NCBI GenBank assembly: GCA_963804645.1 | Contig: CAWDRG010000019.1 | Span: forward strand, 32,001 to 96,000 | Length of the DNA: 64,000 nucleotides | Reading direction: 5' to 3' | Source of the DNA: an uncultured Bacillota bacterium | Lineage (GTDB): Bacteria > Sysuimicrobiota > Sysuimicrobiia > Sysuimicrobiales > Segetimicrobiaceae | In this document: piece after piece, positions 46,893-57,609 of the stretch | How positions within the stretch are numbered: the first letter of the stretch is position 1 | How the letters are laid out: every line of letters begins with the position of its first letter | The notes under the pieces: model-generated | Told to the model about the DNA's origin: nothing | Databases searched by the model: none | What the model saw: only the letters and a program-made list of their open reading frames with translations | Translations under genes and position numbers: made by a program

Positions 46893-47897
46893 TCAGCCGA
46901 GTCGGTGCATCCAGAGCAGCGAGACGGCCATCGTGCCGACGAACAGCGCGGCGACGCCGAGCGAGGCGATCCCGCTGACCTCGATCGGCCGGATCTCCCA
47001 CCCGATGATATGGCCGAGCCGCGTGTACACCCGGTCGAGATCGCCCTGGGTGGTGACGCGCTGGTACGTCCCGCCGGTGGTGAGCGCGATCCGCTTGAGC
47101 GTTTCCTCGTCGAGCTGAATATAGGCGTTGCGTCCGCCGAGTTCCAAGAACGTCCCCTCCGGACGCCCCAGCCCGATCGTGTACACCGTGACCTTCAGCT
47201 GTTTGGCCACGGCCGCGGCTTCCTCCGGCGGCACCCCGCGGTTGCTCTGCCCGTCGCTGAGCAGCACGACCGTCGCGGGGACCAGCCGGTCGGTATCGAC
47301 GGGCGGCGTGGCCGGGACCGTGGGCGCACTGTACGCGTTGAGGGGGTTGGTGAGGCGCGGGCGGCCGGGCAGCGCGTACACCGCCTCGAGCAGCCCGTCG
47401 CCGATCGCGGTCGCAAACTCGACCTGGAGGTTGTTGATCGCGTCGATCACCTGCGCGTGCTCGGCGGTCGGTGGCGTGACCAGGGTGGCGTAGCTGCTGA
47501 ATGAGACCAGCCCGACCTTGGTGTCTTTCGGCAGCGCCGTGACGAACTTCACCGCCGCCGCCTTCGCCGCGTCGAGCCGGCTCGGCGTCACGTCTCTCGC
47601 ACGCATGCTGCGGCTCACGTCGATGCTCATCATCACGACCGTGCGGTTGTCGGGGGTCGGCACGGCGGCAACCGGACGCGCGACCGTGAAGATCACGGCG
47701 CACAGGGTCGCGAGATAGAGGACCGCCGGCACGTGGCGGCGCCAGCGGCCGCCGGCCGCGGCCGCGCGCGTCACGAGATCGAGGGTGGAGTACGTCATGC
47801 GCTCCCGCGGGGGGCGCCGCACGATCCAGATGTACGCGCCGACGAGCGCGGGCACCGTGAGATAGACGAGGAGGGCCGCCGGCCAGAGGAAGCTCAT
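46893..47897 (-). CDS. vWA-domain membrane protein (BatA/MoxR-partner-like)
   Basis: MSFLWP N-terminus, IDVSRSM MIDAS, TAIGDGL, LLSDG, YTIGLG, C-terminal TM segment. Confidence 0.88.
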   Translation of the reverse strand: MSFLWPAALLVYLTVPALVGAYIWIVRRPPRERMTYSTLDLVTRAAAAGGRWRRHVPAVLYLATLCAVIFTVARPVAAVPTPDNRTVVMMSIDVSRSMRARDVTPSRLDAAKAAAVKFVTALPKDTKVGLVSFSSYATLVTPPTAEHAQVIDAINNLQVEFATAIGDGLLEAVYALPGRPRLTNPLNAYSAPTVPATPPVDTDRLVPATVVLLSDGQSNRGVPPEEAAAVAKQLKVTVYTIGLGRPEGTFLELGGRNAYIQLDEETLKRIALTTGGTYQRVTTQGDLDRVYTRLGHIIGWEIRPIEVSGIASLGVAALFVGTMAVSLLWMHRLG

Positions 47898-48230
47898 CGT
47901 CGTCCGCGCGCTCGGGCGTCGGCCGACGGACCGCCGCACCGGGCGGCCGCCGTCATGCTCACGATCGTGTGTGGCTCCGTCACGCGCGTCACCATGCGCG
48001 CGGCCGCCGGGGCGAGATCCTGACGGCGTCGTGCGAGCACGCTCGACGTCGCCCGCCGCGTCGACCCATCGCCCGTCCATTATACGCGTTGGGCGGACGC
48101 CGCGGGGGAAGACGTGCGCCATCGGCCCGACGCGTCTCCGATAGGATCGCGTCCGGATGCTGGCGAACGAGCACAGCGCGGCGCGAGGCGATGCGATCGG
48201 CATCCGCCCCGGCGCCGATCACACCTGCCG

Positions 48231-49217
48231 ATGATTGCCTACATCGTTCGCCGGTTGCTGCTGGCTACGCTGACGGTCGGAGTGATCAGCGCGCTGTCGT
48301 TCGTCATTATCAAGCTGCCTCCCGGCGACTACGTGACGAGCTACATCGCCGAGATGGAGGCCGGCGGCGGCACGGTCAGCCAGGCCGAGGCGGACGCGCT
48401 GCGCCACCAACTGGGACTGGACCAGCCGCTGTACGTCCAGTATGGGAAGTGGATGGGGCGGCTGCTGCGGGGGGACTTCGGCGTGTCGCTCGAGTACCGG
48501 CGGCCGGTCGTCGACGTCATCGGCGATCGGCTGTGGACCACGATCACGCTGTCCCTCACCGCCTTGTGCTTCACGTGGGTGCTCGCGCTGCCCCTCGGCA
48601 TCTACTCCGCCGTGCGGCAGTACTCGATCGGCGACTACGTGGCGACATTCATCGGTTTCGTCGGCGTGGCCGTCCCGGGATTTCTCCTCGCGCTCGTGCT
48701 GCTGTACGCCAGCTTCGTGCTGTTCAACGCCAAGGTGGGCGGGCTGTTCTCGCCCGCGTACCTCGACGCGCCGTGGAGCGCCGGGCGAGTCTGGGATCTG
48801 GCCCGGCACCTGCCGCTGCCGGCGCTGATCCTGGCGATCTCCGGAATCGCGCAGACGATGCGGATCATGCGCGCGAACCTGCTCGACGAGCTGCGCAAGC
48901 CCTACGTGACGACCGCCCGCGCGAAGGGCCTGAGCGCGACGCGCGCGCTGCTGAAGTATCCCGTGCGGGTGGCGCTCAATCCGTTCGTGAGCACCGTGGG
49001 ATACTCGCTGCCCTACATCGTCTCCGGCAGCATCATCGTCTCGATCGTCCTGAACCTGCCGACCGTCGGGCCGCTGCTGGTCACCGCGCTGCTCGCGCAG
49101 GACATGTTCCTGGCCGGGGCGATCATTTTGATGCTGGGCGTCATGACCGTCGTCGGCACCCTCGCGTCGGACCTCCTGCTCATGTGGGTCGACCCAAGGA
49201 TCCGGCTGGAAGGCTGA
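48231..49217 (+). CDS. Peptide/oligosaccharide ABC permease (DppB-like)
   Basis: GLDQPLYVQY, YVTTARAKG, DPRIR. Confidence 0.92.
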   Translation: MIAYIVRRLLLATLTVGVISALSFVIIKLPPGDYVTSYIAEMEAGGGTVSQAEADALRHQLGLDQPLYVQYGKWMGRLLRGDFGVSLEYRRPVVDVIGDRLWTTITLSLTALCFTWVLALPLGIYSAVRQYSIGDYVATFIGFVGVAVPGFLLALVLLYASFVLFNAKVGGLFSPAYLDAPWSAGRVWDLARHLPLPALILAISGIAQTMRIMRANLLDELRKPYVTTARAKGLSATRALLKYPVRVALNPFVSTVGYSLPYIVSGSIIVSIVLNLPTVGPLLVTALLAQDMFLAGAIILMLGVMTVVGTLASDLLLMWVDPRIRLEG

Positions 49218-49219
49218 CC

Positions 49220-50347
49220 ATGGCGACGGTCCGGGAGTGGGACGGCGCGGCCGCGGGCGCGGAAGATCGGGCATCGGTGGCCACCCAGTGGCAGCTCATG
49301 TGGTGGCGGTTCCGTCGGCACCGCCTGGCGCTCGTGAGCGCGGGGCTCATCGCCGGCCTCTACGTGGTGGTGCTCGGGGCCGACTTCGTCGCCTACTCCG
49401 ATCCGCTGGCCTCGAACGCGCAGCGCTCACTGATTCCGCCCCAGCCGATCCATCTCTTCGACCGCGGCGCCTTCCGGCCGTTTGTGTACGCCGTGACCGG
49501 CGCCCGCGATCCGAACACGTTCCAGCGGGTCTACGTCCAGGACCGGAACACCAAGCGGCCGATCCGGCTCTTCGCCCGCGGCTTCCGGTATCGGCTGTTC
49601 GGGGTGATCCCGCTCGACCGCCATCTGATCGGCGTCGCCGGCGCCGACGCGGAGGACGCGCTCTTCGTCCTTGGGACCGACGTGCAGGGCCGGGACCTGT
49701 GGTCCCGCCTCATGTACGCCACGCGGACCTCGATGACGATCGGCCTGGTCGCCGTGGCGCTCAGCCTATGCCTCGGCGTCGTCCTCGGGGGCCTCTCCGG
49801 GTTCTACCCGGGCCTCGTCGACATGGTGATCCAGCGTGTGATTGAGATCATCCGGTCGATCCCCACGATCCCGCTTTGGATGGGACTCGCGGCCGCGATG
49901 CCCCAGACCTGGAGCGTCACGCGCGTTTACTTCGCGATCACGATCATCATCTCGTTCATCGGATGGACCGACCTCGCCCGCGTGGTCCGTGGACGGTTCC
50001 TGGCGCTGCGCCAAGAGGAGTTCGTGACCGCCGCGGAGGTCGCGGGCGCCAGCGTGCCGCGGATCATCTTCCGCCATATGGTGCCCTCGTTTCTGAGCCA
50101 CATCATCGCCGCGACCACGCTGGCGCTGCCGGCGATGATCATCAGCGAGACGTCGCTGAGCTTCCTCGGTCTCGGTCTGCGGCCGCCGGCGCTGAGCTGG
50201 GGCGTCCTGCTTCAGAACGCGCAGAACATCGAGTCGGTCGCCCTGTCTCCGTGGCTGATGAGCCCGGCGGCGTTTGTGATCCTCGCGGTCCTCGCCTTCA
50301 ACTTCCTGGGCGATGGGCTCCGGGACGCCGCGGATCCCTATGGCTAG
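49220..50347 (+). CDS. Peptide/oligosaccharide ABC permease (DppC-like)
   Basis: QWQLMWWRF, LGTDVQGRD, FNFLGDGLRDAADP. Confidence 0.92.
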   Translation: MATVREWDGAAAGAEDRASVATQWQLMWWRFRRHRLALVSAGLIAGLYVVVLGADFVAYSDPLASNAQRSLIPPQPIHLFDRGAFRPFVYAVTGARDPNTFQRVYVQDRNTKRPIRLFARGFRYRLFGVIPLDRHLIGVAGADAEDALFVLGTDVQGRDLWSRLMYATRTSMTIGLVAVALSLCLGVVLGGLSGFYPGLVDMVIQRVIEIIRSIPTIPLWMGLAAAMPQTWSVTRVYFAITIIISFIGWTDLARVVRGRFLALRQEEFVTAAEVAGASVPRIIFRHMVPSFLSHIIAATTLALPAMIISETSLSFLGLGLRPPALSWGVLLQNAQNIESVALSPWLMSPAAFVILAVLAFNFLGDGLRDAADPYG

Positions 50348-50407
50348 GGCCCCGCGGCGCGTTCGCGGGCGGGACGCCTGCGCGGCCTGGGCCGCAGGCC
50401 GCGGCGG

Positions 50408-51436
50408 ATGAGCACGCCGGCGGCGCCGCCGCTCCTCTCCGTCCGCGGCCTGCGGACGTATTTCTTCCCGGACGAGGGGATCGTCAAGGCGGTCGACGGG
50501 GTGGATCTCGACGTGCGCCCCGGACAGGTGCTGGGGGTCGTTGGGGAGAGCGGGTGCGGCAAGAGCGTGACCGCCCGGTCCATCCTCGGGCTCGTCGAGC
50601 GTCCGGGACGGATCGTCGGGGGCGAGATCTGGCTTCGGCGCGGCGCGCCCGGCGCCGAGCGGACGGTGGACTTGGCGCGGCTGGATCCCGACGGGCCGGA
50701 GATCCGCTCGATCCGAGGCGCGGAGATCGGCTTCATCTTCCAGGAGCCGATGACGTCCTTCAGCCCCGTGCACAGCATCGGCAACCAGATCACCGAGGCG
50801 ATCACGATCCATCGGGCCGTGCCGAGGGCGGAGGCCCGGCGCACGGCGGCGGCGCTGCTCCGCCAGGTCGGCGTCTCGCGGCCGGAGCAGCGTCTCGACG
50901 AATACGCCTACCAGATGAGCGGCGGCCTGCGGCAGCGGGCGATGATCGCGATGGCGCTCGCGGGAGGTCCCCGGCTGCTGATCGCCGACGAGCCGACGAC
51001 CGCGCTCGACGTCACCACGCAGGCGCAGATCCTCGACCTGCTCCGCCGTCTCCAGACCGAGCGGGGCATGGCGGTGATCCTGATCACGCACAACCTCGGC
51101 GTCGTGGCGGAGATGGCGGACGAGGTCGCGGTGATGTACCTCGGGCGCGTCGTTGAGCGCGCGCCGGTCGACGAGATCTTCTACGCGCCGAAGCATCCCT
51201 ACACGCGGGCGCTCCTGCGGTCGCTCCCGAGCGTGGAGGCGGTGCCGCTCACCCGGCTGCCGACGATCAGCGGCTCGATCCCGCACGCGTACCAGCGTCC
51301 GGCCGGCTGTCCGTTCCACCCGCGGTGCCCCGAGCGGATCGCGGGCGTGTGCGACGTCGACGAGCCGGCCGAGACGTCGGTCGGGCCCGGCCATACGGTT
51401 AGGTGCGTGCTCTACGCGCCGGGCGGCGGCCGATGA
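50408..51436 (+). CDS. ABC ATP-binding protein (DppD-like)
   Basis: [33 protein letters not shown]. Confidence 0.93.
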   Translation: MSTPAAPPLLSVRGLRTYFFPDEGIVKAVDGVDLDVRPGQVLGVVGESGCGKSVTARSILGLVERPGRIVGGEIWLRRGAPGAERTVDLARLDPDGPEIRSIRGAEIGFIFQEPMTSFSPVHSIGNQITEAITIHRAVPRAEARRTAAALLRQVGVSRPEQRLDEYAYQMSGGLRQRAMIAMALAGGPRLLIADEPTTALDVTTQAQILDLLRRLQTERGMAVILITHNLGVVAEMADEVAVMYLGRVVERAPVDEIFYAPKHPYTRALLRSLPSVEAVPLTRLPTISGSIPHAYQRPAGCPFHPRCPERIAGVCDVDEPAETSVGPGHTVRCVLYAPGGGR

Positions 51437-52503
51437 ACGCCGGCGGGGGGCGCGCGGCCCCGGTGCTGGAGGTGCGGGGCCTGCGGAAGGTGTTTCCGAT
51501 CCGACACGGGTTTCTGCGCCGGCGGGTCGGGGAAGTGCGGGCGGTCGACGATGTGAGCTTTGTGATCGAGCGCGGGGAGACCCTCGCGCTGGTGGGGGAG
51601 AGCGGGTGCGGCAAGACCACGACCGCGCGGTGCATCCTGCGCGTCATCGATCCCACCGCGGGGCAGATCCTGTTCCGCCGGCCCGACGGGACCGCGGTCG
51701 ACCTGGCCGGGATGCCCCGGGCCCGCGTCCGCCCGCTGCGCCGACATCTCCAGATGATCTTTCAGGATCCCTATTCGTCGCTCAATCCGCGCATGACCCT
51801 GCTCGACATCATCGGGGAACCGCTGCTAGTCCACGGCATGCGGGACCGCCCCCAGCGCGTCGCGCGCGTGCGCGAGCTGCTGCAGCTCGTGGGGCTGCGG
51901 CCCGAGTACCTCCAGCGGTATCCGCACGCGTTCAGCGGCGGGCAGCGGCAGCGCATCGGCATCGCGCGCGCGCTCGCGCTCAATCCCAGCGTGGTCGTCG
52001 CCGACGAGCCGGTCTCGGCCCTCGACGTGTCGGTCCAGGCGCAGATCCTCAACCTGCTCCTCGACCTCCGGCGTGAGCTCGGGCTCACGTACCTGTTCGT
52101 CGCCCACGACCTGAGCGTGGTGAAGCACATCAGCGACCGGGTCGCGGTTATGTACGTGGGTCAGATCGTCGAACTCGCGGAGACGACCGCGCTGTACGCC
52201 GCGCCCAAGCACCCCTACACCGCGGCGCTGCTCTCCGCGGTCCCGAAGCCGGACCCGCGGGCGCGGTCCACGCGGATCGCGCTGGAGGGGGAGGTTGCGG
52301 ATCCGTCGCGTCCGCCCTCCGGATGTTACTTCCACCCGCGCTGCCCGTACGCGGTCGACCTGTGCCGGACCGCGGCCCCGCCGCTGGTGGAAATCGCTCC
52401 CGGGCGCCTGGCGCGGTGCCATCGGGCCATGGAGCTCCATCTCGCCGGCGTCCCCACGGCCCCGCCGTCCGGCGGTGCGGGTACGCCGATGCTGCGGAGG
52501 TGA
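51433..52503 (+). CDS. ABC ATP-binding protein (DppF-like)
   Basis: [24 protein letters not shown]. Confidence 0.93.
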   Translation: MNAGGGRAAPVLEVRGLRKVFPIRHGFLRRRVGEVRAVDDVSFVIERGETLALVGESGCGKTTTARCILRVIDPTAGQILFRRPDGTAVDLAGMPRARVRPLRRHLQMIFQDPYSSLNPRMTLLDIIGEPLLVHGMRDRPQRVARVRELLQLVGLRPEYLQRYPHAFSGGQRQRIGIARALALNPSVVVADEPVSALDVSVQAQILNLLLDLRRELGLTYLFVAHDLSVVKHISDRVAVMYVGQIVELAETTALYAAPKHPYTAALLSAVPKPDPRARSTRIALEGEVADPSRPPSGCYFHPRCPYAVDLCRTAAPPLVEIAPGRLARCHRAMELHLAGVPTAPPSGGAGTPMLRR

Positions 52504-52508
52504 GGGTG

Positions 52509-53471
52509 ATGCAGTACCGTCAGCTGGGACGCACCGGGTTGCGCGTGTCCGTGTTCGGCTTGGGGACCAACGCGTTTGGGGGACGCGCGGATGAGGCGAC
52601 CTCCATCGCCCTGATTCACCACGCGCTCGAGCACGGCGTGAACCTGATCGACACCTCGAACCGCTCGCCCGCGACCCCGACCATGACCGAGCTGTCGGAG
52701 ACGATCATGGGCCGGGCGCTTCGGGGGCGGCGGGACCAGGCGATCATCGCGACCAAGTGCGGGAAGAAGACCGGCGACGGCCCGAACGACGCCAACTGCT
52801 CGCGCTGGCACATCCTGCAGGAGGTCGAGCGCAGTCTCCGGCGCCTGCAGACCGACCACATCGATCTGTACCAGATCCATTGGTTCGACCCGACGACCCC
52901 GCTCGAGGAGACGCTCCGGGCGTTCGACGACCTGGTCCGCGCCGGCAAGGTCCGCTACGTCGGCTGCTCCAACTACACCGCGTGGCAGCTGTGCAAGGCG
53001 CTGTGGACGAGCGACCGGCACGGGCTGGCGCGGTATGATTCCGTCCAGCCGGCGTACTCGCCGGCCGACCGGCGGATCGAGCCCGAGCTCATCCCGCTGT
53101 GCCTCGACCAGGGGGTCGGCGTGCTCGTCTACTATCCGCTCGCCGGCGGGATCCTCACCGGCAAGTACCGCCCCGGGAGCGAGCCGCCGCAGGGGTCGCG
53201 CGCGCGGACCCAGCCGGGCTTCGCCGCCCAGCTGAACGCGCGCAACCTCGCGCTCGCGGTGGAGATGGAGCGGCTCGCCGCGGACGTGGGCGCGACGGTC
53301 GCGCAGCTGACGCTGGCGTGGGTCATGCGGCGGCCGGGGGTCACGAGCGCGCTCGTCGGCGCGACGACCCTCGCGCAGCAGGAGGAGAACCTCCGGGCGG
53401 TCGATCTGCCGCTCAGTGAGGGCACGCTGCGGCGGATCACGGAACTGTCCGATCCGTTTGTGGCCTTCTAG
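52509..53471 (+). CDS. Aldo/keto reductase
   Basis: YRQLGRTGLRVS, SLRRLQTDHIDLYQIH, GKVRYVGCSN. Confidence 0.92.
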   Translation: MQYRQLGRTGLRVSVFGLGTNAFGGRADEATSIALIHHALEHGVNLIDTSNRSPATPTMTELSETIMGRALRGRRDQAIIATKCGKKTGDGPNDANCSRWHILQEVERSLRRLQTDHIDLYQIHWFDPTTPLEETLRAFDDLVRAGKVRYVGCSNYTAWQLCKALWTSDRHGLARYDSVQPAYSPADRRIEPELIPLCLDQGVGVLVYYPLAGGILTGKYRPGSEPPQGSRARTQPGFAAQLNARNLALAVEMERLAADVGATVAQLTLAWVMRRPGVTSALVGATTLAQQEENLRAVDLPLSEGTLRRITELSDPFVAF

Positions 53472-53495
53472 GAGGTGGGGACGGCGGTGGCAGCG

Positions 53496-54503
53496 ATGGA
53501 GCGCGGAGAGCGGGTGCGCCGGGCGCTCGCGGGCGGCCCGGTGGATCGGCCGCCGATCAGCTTCTGGTGGCACAGCTTCACCCGGGAGAACGCGGCCGAC
53601 ACACTGGCCGCGGAGACCGCGGAGCAGTTTCAACGGTACGCGTGGGACTTGATCAAGATTCAGTCGCGCGCGACGTCGTTCGCGGAGGGCTGGGGCGTGC
53701 GCTACCAGCCCTCGACGGCGCCGGCCGTGTCTCCCGTCATCATCGAGCGTCCGGTGCGGTCGGCCGCCGACCTGCGGCGGATCCGCCCGCTGGAGCCGTC
53801 CGCCGGGGCGCTCGGCGAGCAGCTGACGCTGCTGCGCCTGGTGCGGCGGGCCGTCGGGCCGGATGTGCCGATCCTCCAGACCGTGTTCGCGCCGGCGATG
53901 GTGCTGTCGTACCTGCTGGACCCCGGGCCGGCCGGCGCGGCTCCGCTGCGGGACCTGATCCGCGCCCACGGGGCGGATGTGCACGCGGCGCTGTCGGCGA
54001 TTCGCGACACGATGGCCGCCTACGCCCGCGTGTGCCTCGCCGGGGGCGCGGACGGGATCTTTCTCGCGGTGAAAGCCGCGAGCGCCGATCAGATGACGCG
54101 CGCGGAGTACGAGGAGTTTGGGCTGCCGTACGATCGGGCGGTCCTGGACGCCGCCGCCGGGGGATGGCTCAACATGCTCCATCTGTGCGGGCCGCGCCTC
54201 TACTTCGACGTGGTCGACCGGCTCCCGACCCCGCTCGTGAACTGGGCGCTCGAGCCCGGCAACCCGACGCTGGCGGAGGGACGGGACCGGAGCCGGCGCG
54301 CGGTGATCGGCGGGGTCACCCCGAAGCCTGGACTCCTCGATCTGTCTCCCGAGCAGGTCGAAGCCGAGGTCGGCGCGGCGATCGCGGACACCGGCGGCGT
54401 GCGGATGATGATCGGACCGGGCTGCTCGATCCCTCCGGACACGCCGGAGGCGAACCTGCGGGCCGCGTGCGCGGCGGTGGCGCGATACCGGGCCGGCGCG
54501 TAG
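53496..54503 (+). CDS. Uroporphyrinogen decarboxylase/methyltransferase superfamily protein
   Basis: VDRPPISFWWH, QTVFAP, GADGIF, MLHLCG, GPGCSIP. Confidence 0.8.
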   Translation: MERGERVRRALAGGPVDRPPISFWWHSFTRENAADTLAAETAEQFQRYAWDLIKIQSRATSFAEGWGVRYQPSTAPAVSPVIIERPVRSAADLRRIRPLEPSAGALGEQLTLLRLVRRAVGPDVPILQTVFAPAMVLSYLLDPGPAGAAPLRDLIRAHGADVHAALSAIRDTMAAYARVCLAGGADGIFLAVKAASADQMTRAEYEEFGLPYDRAVLDAAAGGWLNMLHLCGPRLYFDVVDRLPTPLVNWALEPGNPTLAEGRDRSRRAVIGGVTPKPGLLDLSPEQVEAEVGAAIADTGGVRMMIGPGCSIPPDTPEANLRAACAAVARYRAGA

Positions 54504-54687
54504 GGGTGAGGTCTGCGCGCGGCGGCGGGCCGCGCCGCGGGTCGGCCACCGGCGACCATCGCCCGCGTCTCGTGGGAGGAAACCGCCCGGTGCCTTGGAA
54601 CACCATCGGGGCAGGTGTGCGCCTCCCGTACACGAGCCTCGCCCCGCGCGCTGCGTCGGCGCCGACGCGGCTTGGAGGATCCCCCGG

Positions 54688-55512
54688 ATGAAGCTCGGGT
54701 ATACGATCTCCGTGTCCGACGCGCCGGCCTCGGCGCCCGTCGATCCGTCCGCGGCGCTGCTCGACGTGCTTCGGGTGCTCGGGGACCTCGGCTTTGACGG
54801 CGTTGAGCTCTCGATTCGCGATCCTGCGCGCATCGATCTCGACGCGGTCGCGTCCCTGGCGGCGTCGCTCGGGATCGTCGTGCCGGCGATCGCGACCGGG
54901 CAGGCGTACACGCAGGACGGGTTGTCGCTGACCGCCCCCGAGGCGTCGTCGCGCGAGGGCGCGGTGGCGCGGCTCTTGGCCCAGGTCGAGGCGGCGGCCC
55001 GCCTGCAGGCCATGCTGACGATCGGGGTGATCCACGGGCCGATCCCCGCGGGGGAGCGCCGCGAGCAGGCCGAAGAGCGGTTGCTCGCCGCGCTGGGCCG
55101 GGTCGCGCAGGCGGCCCGCCGCCGCGGCGTGCGCCTCGTGGTCGAGCCGATCCAGCGGTATTCGACGAACTGGCTGCACACCGCGCATGAGGTGATGCAG
55201 CTGCTCGGGCGGCTCGGGGAGGAGAACGTCGGGGTGCTGCTCGATACCTTCCACATGAACATCGAGGAGGCGGATCCGGCCGCGGCGATGCGCGAAGCCG
55301 CGCCCCGCCTGTGGCACTTTCACGTCGCCGAGAACAACCGGCGCGCGCCGGGGTGGGGGCATTTGGACTTTGGGGCGAGCGTCGCCGTCCTCCGGACGCT
55401 GGGGTACGACCGGTTCGTGTCCGCGGAGGTGTCGCAGGAGCCGACCCTCGAGGCCGCGGCCCGGCAGACGCTCTCGGTGATGCGGCCGCTCGTGCCTCGC
55501 CGGCGCGGGTGA
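54688..55512 (+). CDS. Sugar phosphate isomerase/epimerase (IolO/IolI-like TIM barrel)
   Basis: GFDGVEL, IATGQAY, VEPIQRY, LDTFHMNIEE, NNRRAPGWGHLDF. Confidence 0.85.
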   Translation: MKLGYTISVSDAPASAPVDPSAALLDVLRVLGDLGFDGVELSIRDPARIDLDAVASLAASLGIVVPAIATGQAYTQDGLSLTAPEASSREGAVARLLAQVEAAARLQAMLTIGVIHGPIPAGERREQAEERLLAALGRVAQAARRRGVRLVVEPIQRYSTNWLHTAHEVMQLLGRLGEENVGVLLDTFHMNIEEADPAAAMREAAPRLWHFHVAENNRRAPGWGHLDFGASVAVLRTLGYDRFVSAEVSQEPTLEAAARQTLSVMRPLVPRRRG

Positions 55513-55579
55513 GTCGAGGTTCTGCGCGTGTCGCGGCGCACCGTGCCGCGTTCGCAGCATCGGACTGGGGGGTGGGGCG

Positions 55580-56377
55580 ATGAACCTGTACGCGAAGCAC
55601 GACGCAGCGACCGGACTGCGCGAGGTATTCAATCCCGGAAACTCGGAGAGCGGGGGGCTCGAGCTGGCCCTGCTGCGGCTCGACGCGGGCGGTTCGATTG
55701 AGACCGCCGCCAAGGGACGGGAGTCGCTGCTGACGATCCTCGGGGGCCGCTGCGGCGTCTCGGTGGACGGCATGGGGAGCTGGAAGGGACTGGGCGAGCG
55801 CGCCAACGTCTTCAGCGGGGTCGCGGCGTCGGTGTACGTGCCGGCCGGGGCGCCGTACCGCGTGGTCGCCGAGGGCCCGCTCGAGGCGGTGATCTGGCGG
55901 GCCCCGGCCCAGCCCGGCGGGCAGGCGTACGTCATCCAGCCGTCCGACGTCGCGGTCGCCGTGCGGGGCACCGGCGCGTTTCGCCGGCGGGTGCACACGA
56001 TCCTCGATACATCCCGTCCGGCGCAGGCGCTGGTCGCCGGCGAGACGTTCAACGAGCCGGGCGCGTGGTCGAGCTATCCGCCGCACAAGCACGACCGGCA
56101 CGATCCGCCGAACGAGGTCAAGCTCGTCGAGATCTACCACTACAAAGTCGATCCGGCCCAGGGCTTCGGCATGCAGCGCGTCTATTCTCCGGAGCGCCAC
56201 TTTGACGAGACGTACATCGTCGAGGACGGCGACTCGGTGCTCATCCCGTTCGGGTTTCACCCCGTGGTGGCGGCGCCGGGGTATCAGCTGTGCTACCTGT
56301 GGGCGCTCGCGGGGGAGGGGCGCACGCTGAAGATGCAGGAAGACCCAGCCCACAGCTGGGCCGGCCGCGCGAAGTAG
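55580..56377 (+). CDS. iolB: 5-deoxy-glucuronate isomerase
   Basis: WSSYPPHKHD, EIYHY, GFGMQRVY, GFHPVVAAPGY. Confidence 0.88.
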   Translation: MNLYAKHDAATGLREVFNPGNSESGGLELALLRLDAGGSIETAAKGRESLLTILGGRCGVSVDGMGSWKGLGERANVFSGVAASVYVPAGAPYRVVAEGPLEAVIWRAPAQPGGQAYVIQPSDVAVAVRGTGAFRRRVHTILDTSRPAQALVAGETFNEPGAWSSYPPHKHDRHDPPNEVKLVEIYHYKVDPAQGFGMQRVYSPERHFDETYIVEDGDSVLIPFGFHPVVAAPGYQLCYLWALAGEGRTLKMQEDPAHSWAGRAK

Positions 56378-56389
56378 GCGAGCCCGCGC

Positions 56390-57559
56390 ATGGCAGGGAG
56401 ACGGCCGCAGCGCTTGGCCGGGATGGCCGGCATCGGCGTCGATGCGATCGGCGCCGCCGCCGACGCGCTGGGCGACCCGTCGGTCCTGCGGTTCGAGAAC
56501 CTGGACACGGATCTGCGGCCCCATCCGGTCGTGATCGACGCGACCCGGCGGGCCCTCGTGGACGACCGCAACAACAGCTACCTGCCGTTCGTCGGGCAGG
56601 CGCGGCTGCGGGAGGCCGCGGCCGCGCACGTGTCGCGTCTCTCCGGCGTGCCGTACTCCGCCACCCGCAACGTGATCATCTCGGCCGGCGGGCTGTCCGG
56701 CATCCTCAACGTCCTGCTGGCTCTGATCGACACCGGCGACGAGGTGGTCCTGACCGACCCCACGTACATCGGACTGATCAACCGGGTGCGGCTCGCCGGC
56801 GGGGTGCCCCGCCTGGCGGCGTTCACGGACGATCGAGGCGAGTGGCGTCTCGACGTCGGCGCACTGCGCGCGGCGGTGACGCCGCAGACGCGCGCGCTGC
56901 TCATGATGAGCCCGTCGATGCCGTCGGGCGCTGTGCTGCGGCGGGACGACTGGGAGGTCGTCGTCGGGCTCGCCCGCGAGCGCGATCTGTGGCTGATTTA
57001 CGACGCGGCGATGGAGCGCATTCTGTACGACGGCCGGGCGTACGTCCACCCGGCGTCGCTGCCGGGCGCGGCCGACTGCGTCGTGACGGTCGGCGCCGCG
57101 TCCAAGGAGCTGCGCATGATCGGGTGGCGGGTCGGGTGGATCGTCGCGCCCGAGCGCCTCATGGCGGACTTGGCCCTGGTGTCGATGGGCAACGTCGTGG
57201 TCCCGGTCGGCATCGCACAGGAGGCGGCCGCGGCCGCCCTCGAGTTAGGCGACGCCGACGTGCAGGCGGCCGTGGCCGAGTGGGGCCGCCGGCGCGACGC
57301 GCTGCTGGGCGAACTCACCGGCCTGCCCGCCGTCATACCGGGCGGCGGCTGGTCGCTGTTGGTCGACGGCGCGCCGCTGGGTCTGACCGGCGCCGAGATG
57401 TCCCGGCGCCTCCTCGCGCGGGCGGGCGTCGCCGCGACGCCCATGGACGGCTGGGGGGAGGTCAACGGCGGGCAGTTTCTGCGCTTCGTCTTCGCGAACG
57501 AGCCGGTCGAGCGGATCCGCGGCGCCGGCGCGCGGATCAGGGCGGCGCTGGGGGTCTGA
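56390..57559 (+). CDS. PLP aminotransferase class I/II
   Basis: DPTY, IYDAAM, SKELRMIGWRVGW. Confidence 0.88.
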   Translation: MAGRRPQRLAGMAGIGVDAIGAAADALGDPSVLRFENLDTDLRPHPVVIDATRRALVDDRNNSYLPFVGQARLREAAAAHVSRLSGVPYSATRNVIISAGGLSGILNVLLALIDTGDEVVLTDPTYIGLINRVRLAGGVPRLAAFTDDRGEWRLDVGALRAAVTPQTRALLMMSPSMPSGAVLRRDDWEVVVGLARERDLWLIYDAAMERILYDGRAYVHPASLPGAADCVVTVGAASKELRMIGWRVGWIVAPERLMADLALVSMGNVVVPVGIAQEAAAAALELGDADVQAAVAEWGRRRDALLGELTGLPAVIPGGGWSLLVDGAPLGLTGAEMSRRLLARAGVAATPMDGWGEVNGGQFLRFVFANEPVERIRGAGARIRAALGV

Positions 57560-57609
57560 TCGGGTCGCGGAACGAGCCGCGTCGGGCCGGGAGTGACGAG
57601 CCCCCTCGT

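Noticed and set aside
52326..57049. Very long antisense ORFs (978 aa and 949 aa here; similar ones at 59362-61653, 61532-63940 and 218-1714)
   Set aside because: Shadow ORFs of high-GC coding genes on the opposite strand; Arg/Pro/Ala-rich with no motifs
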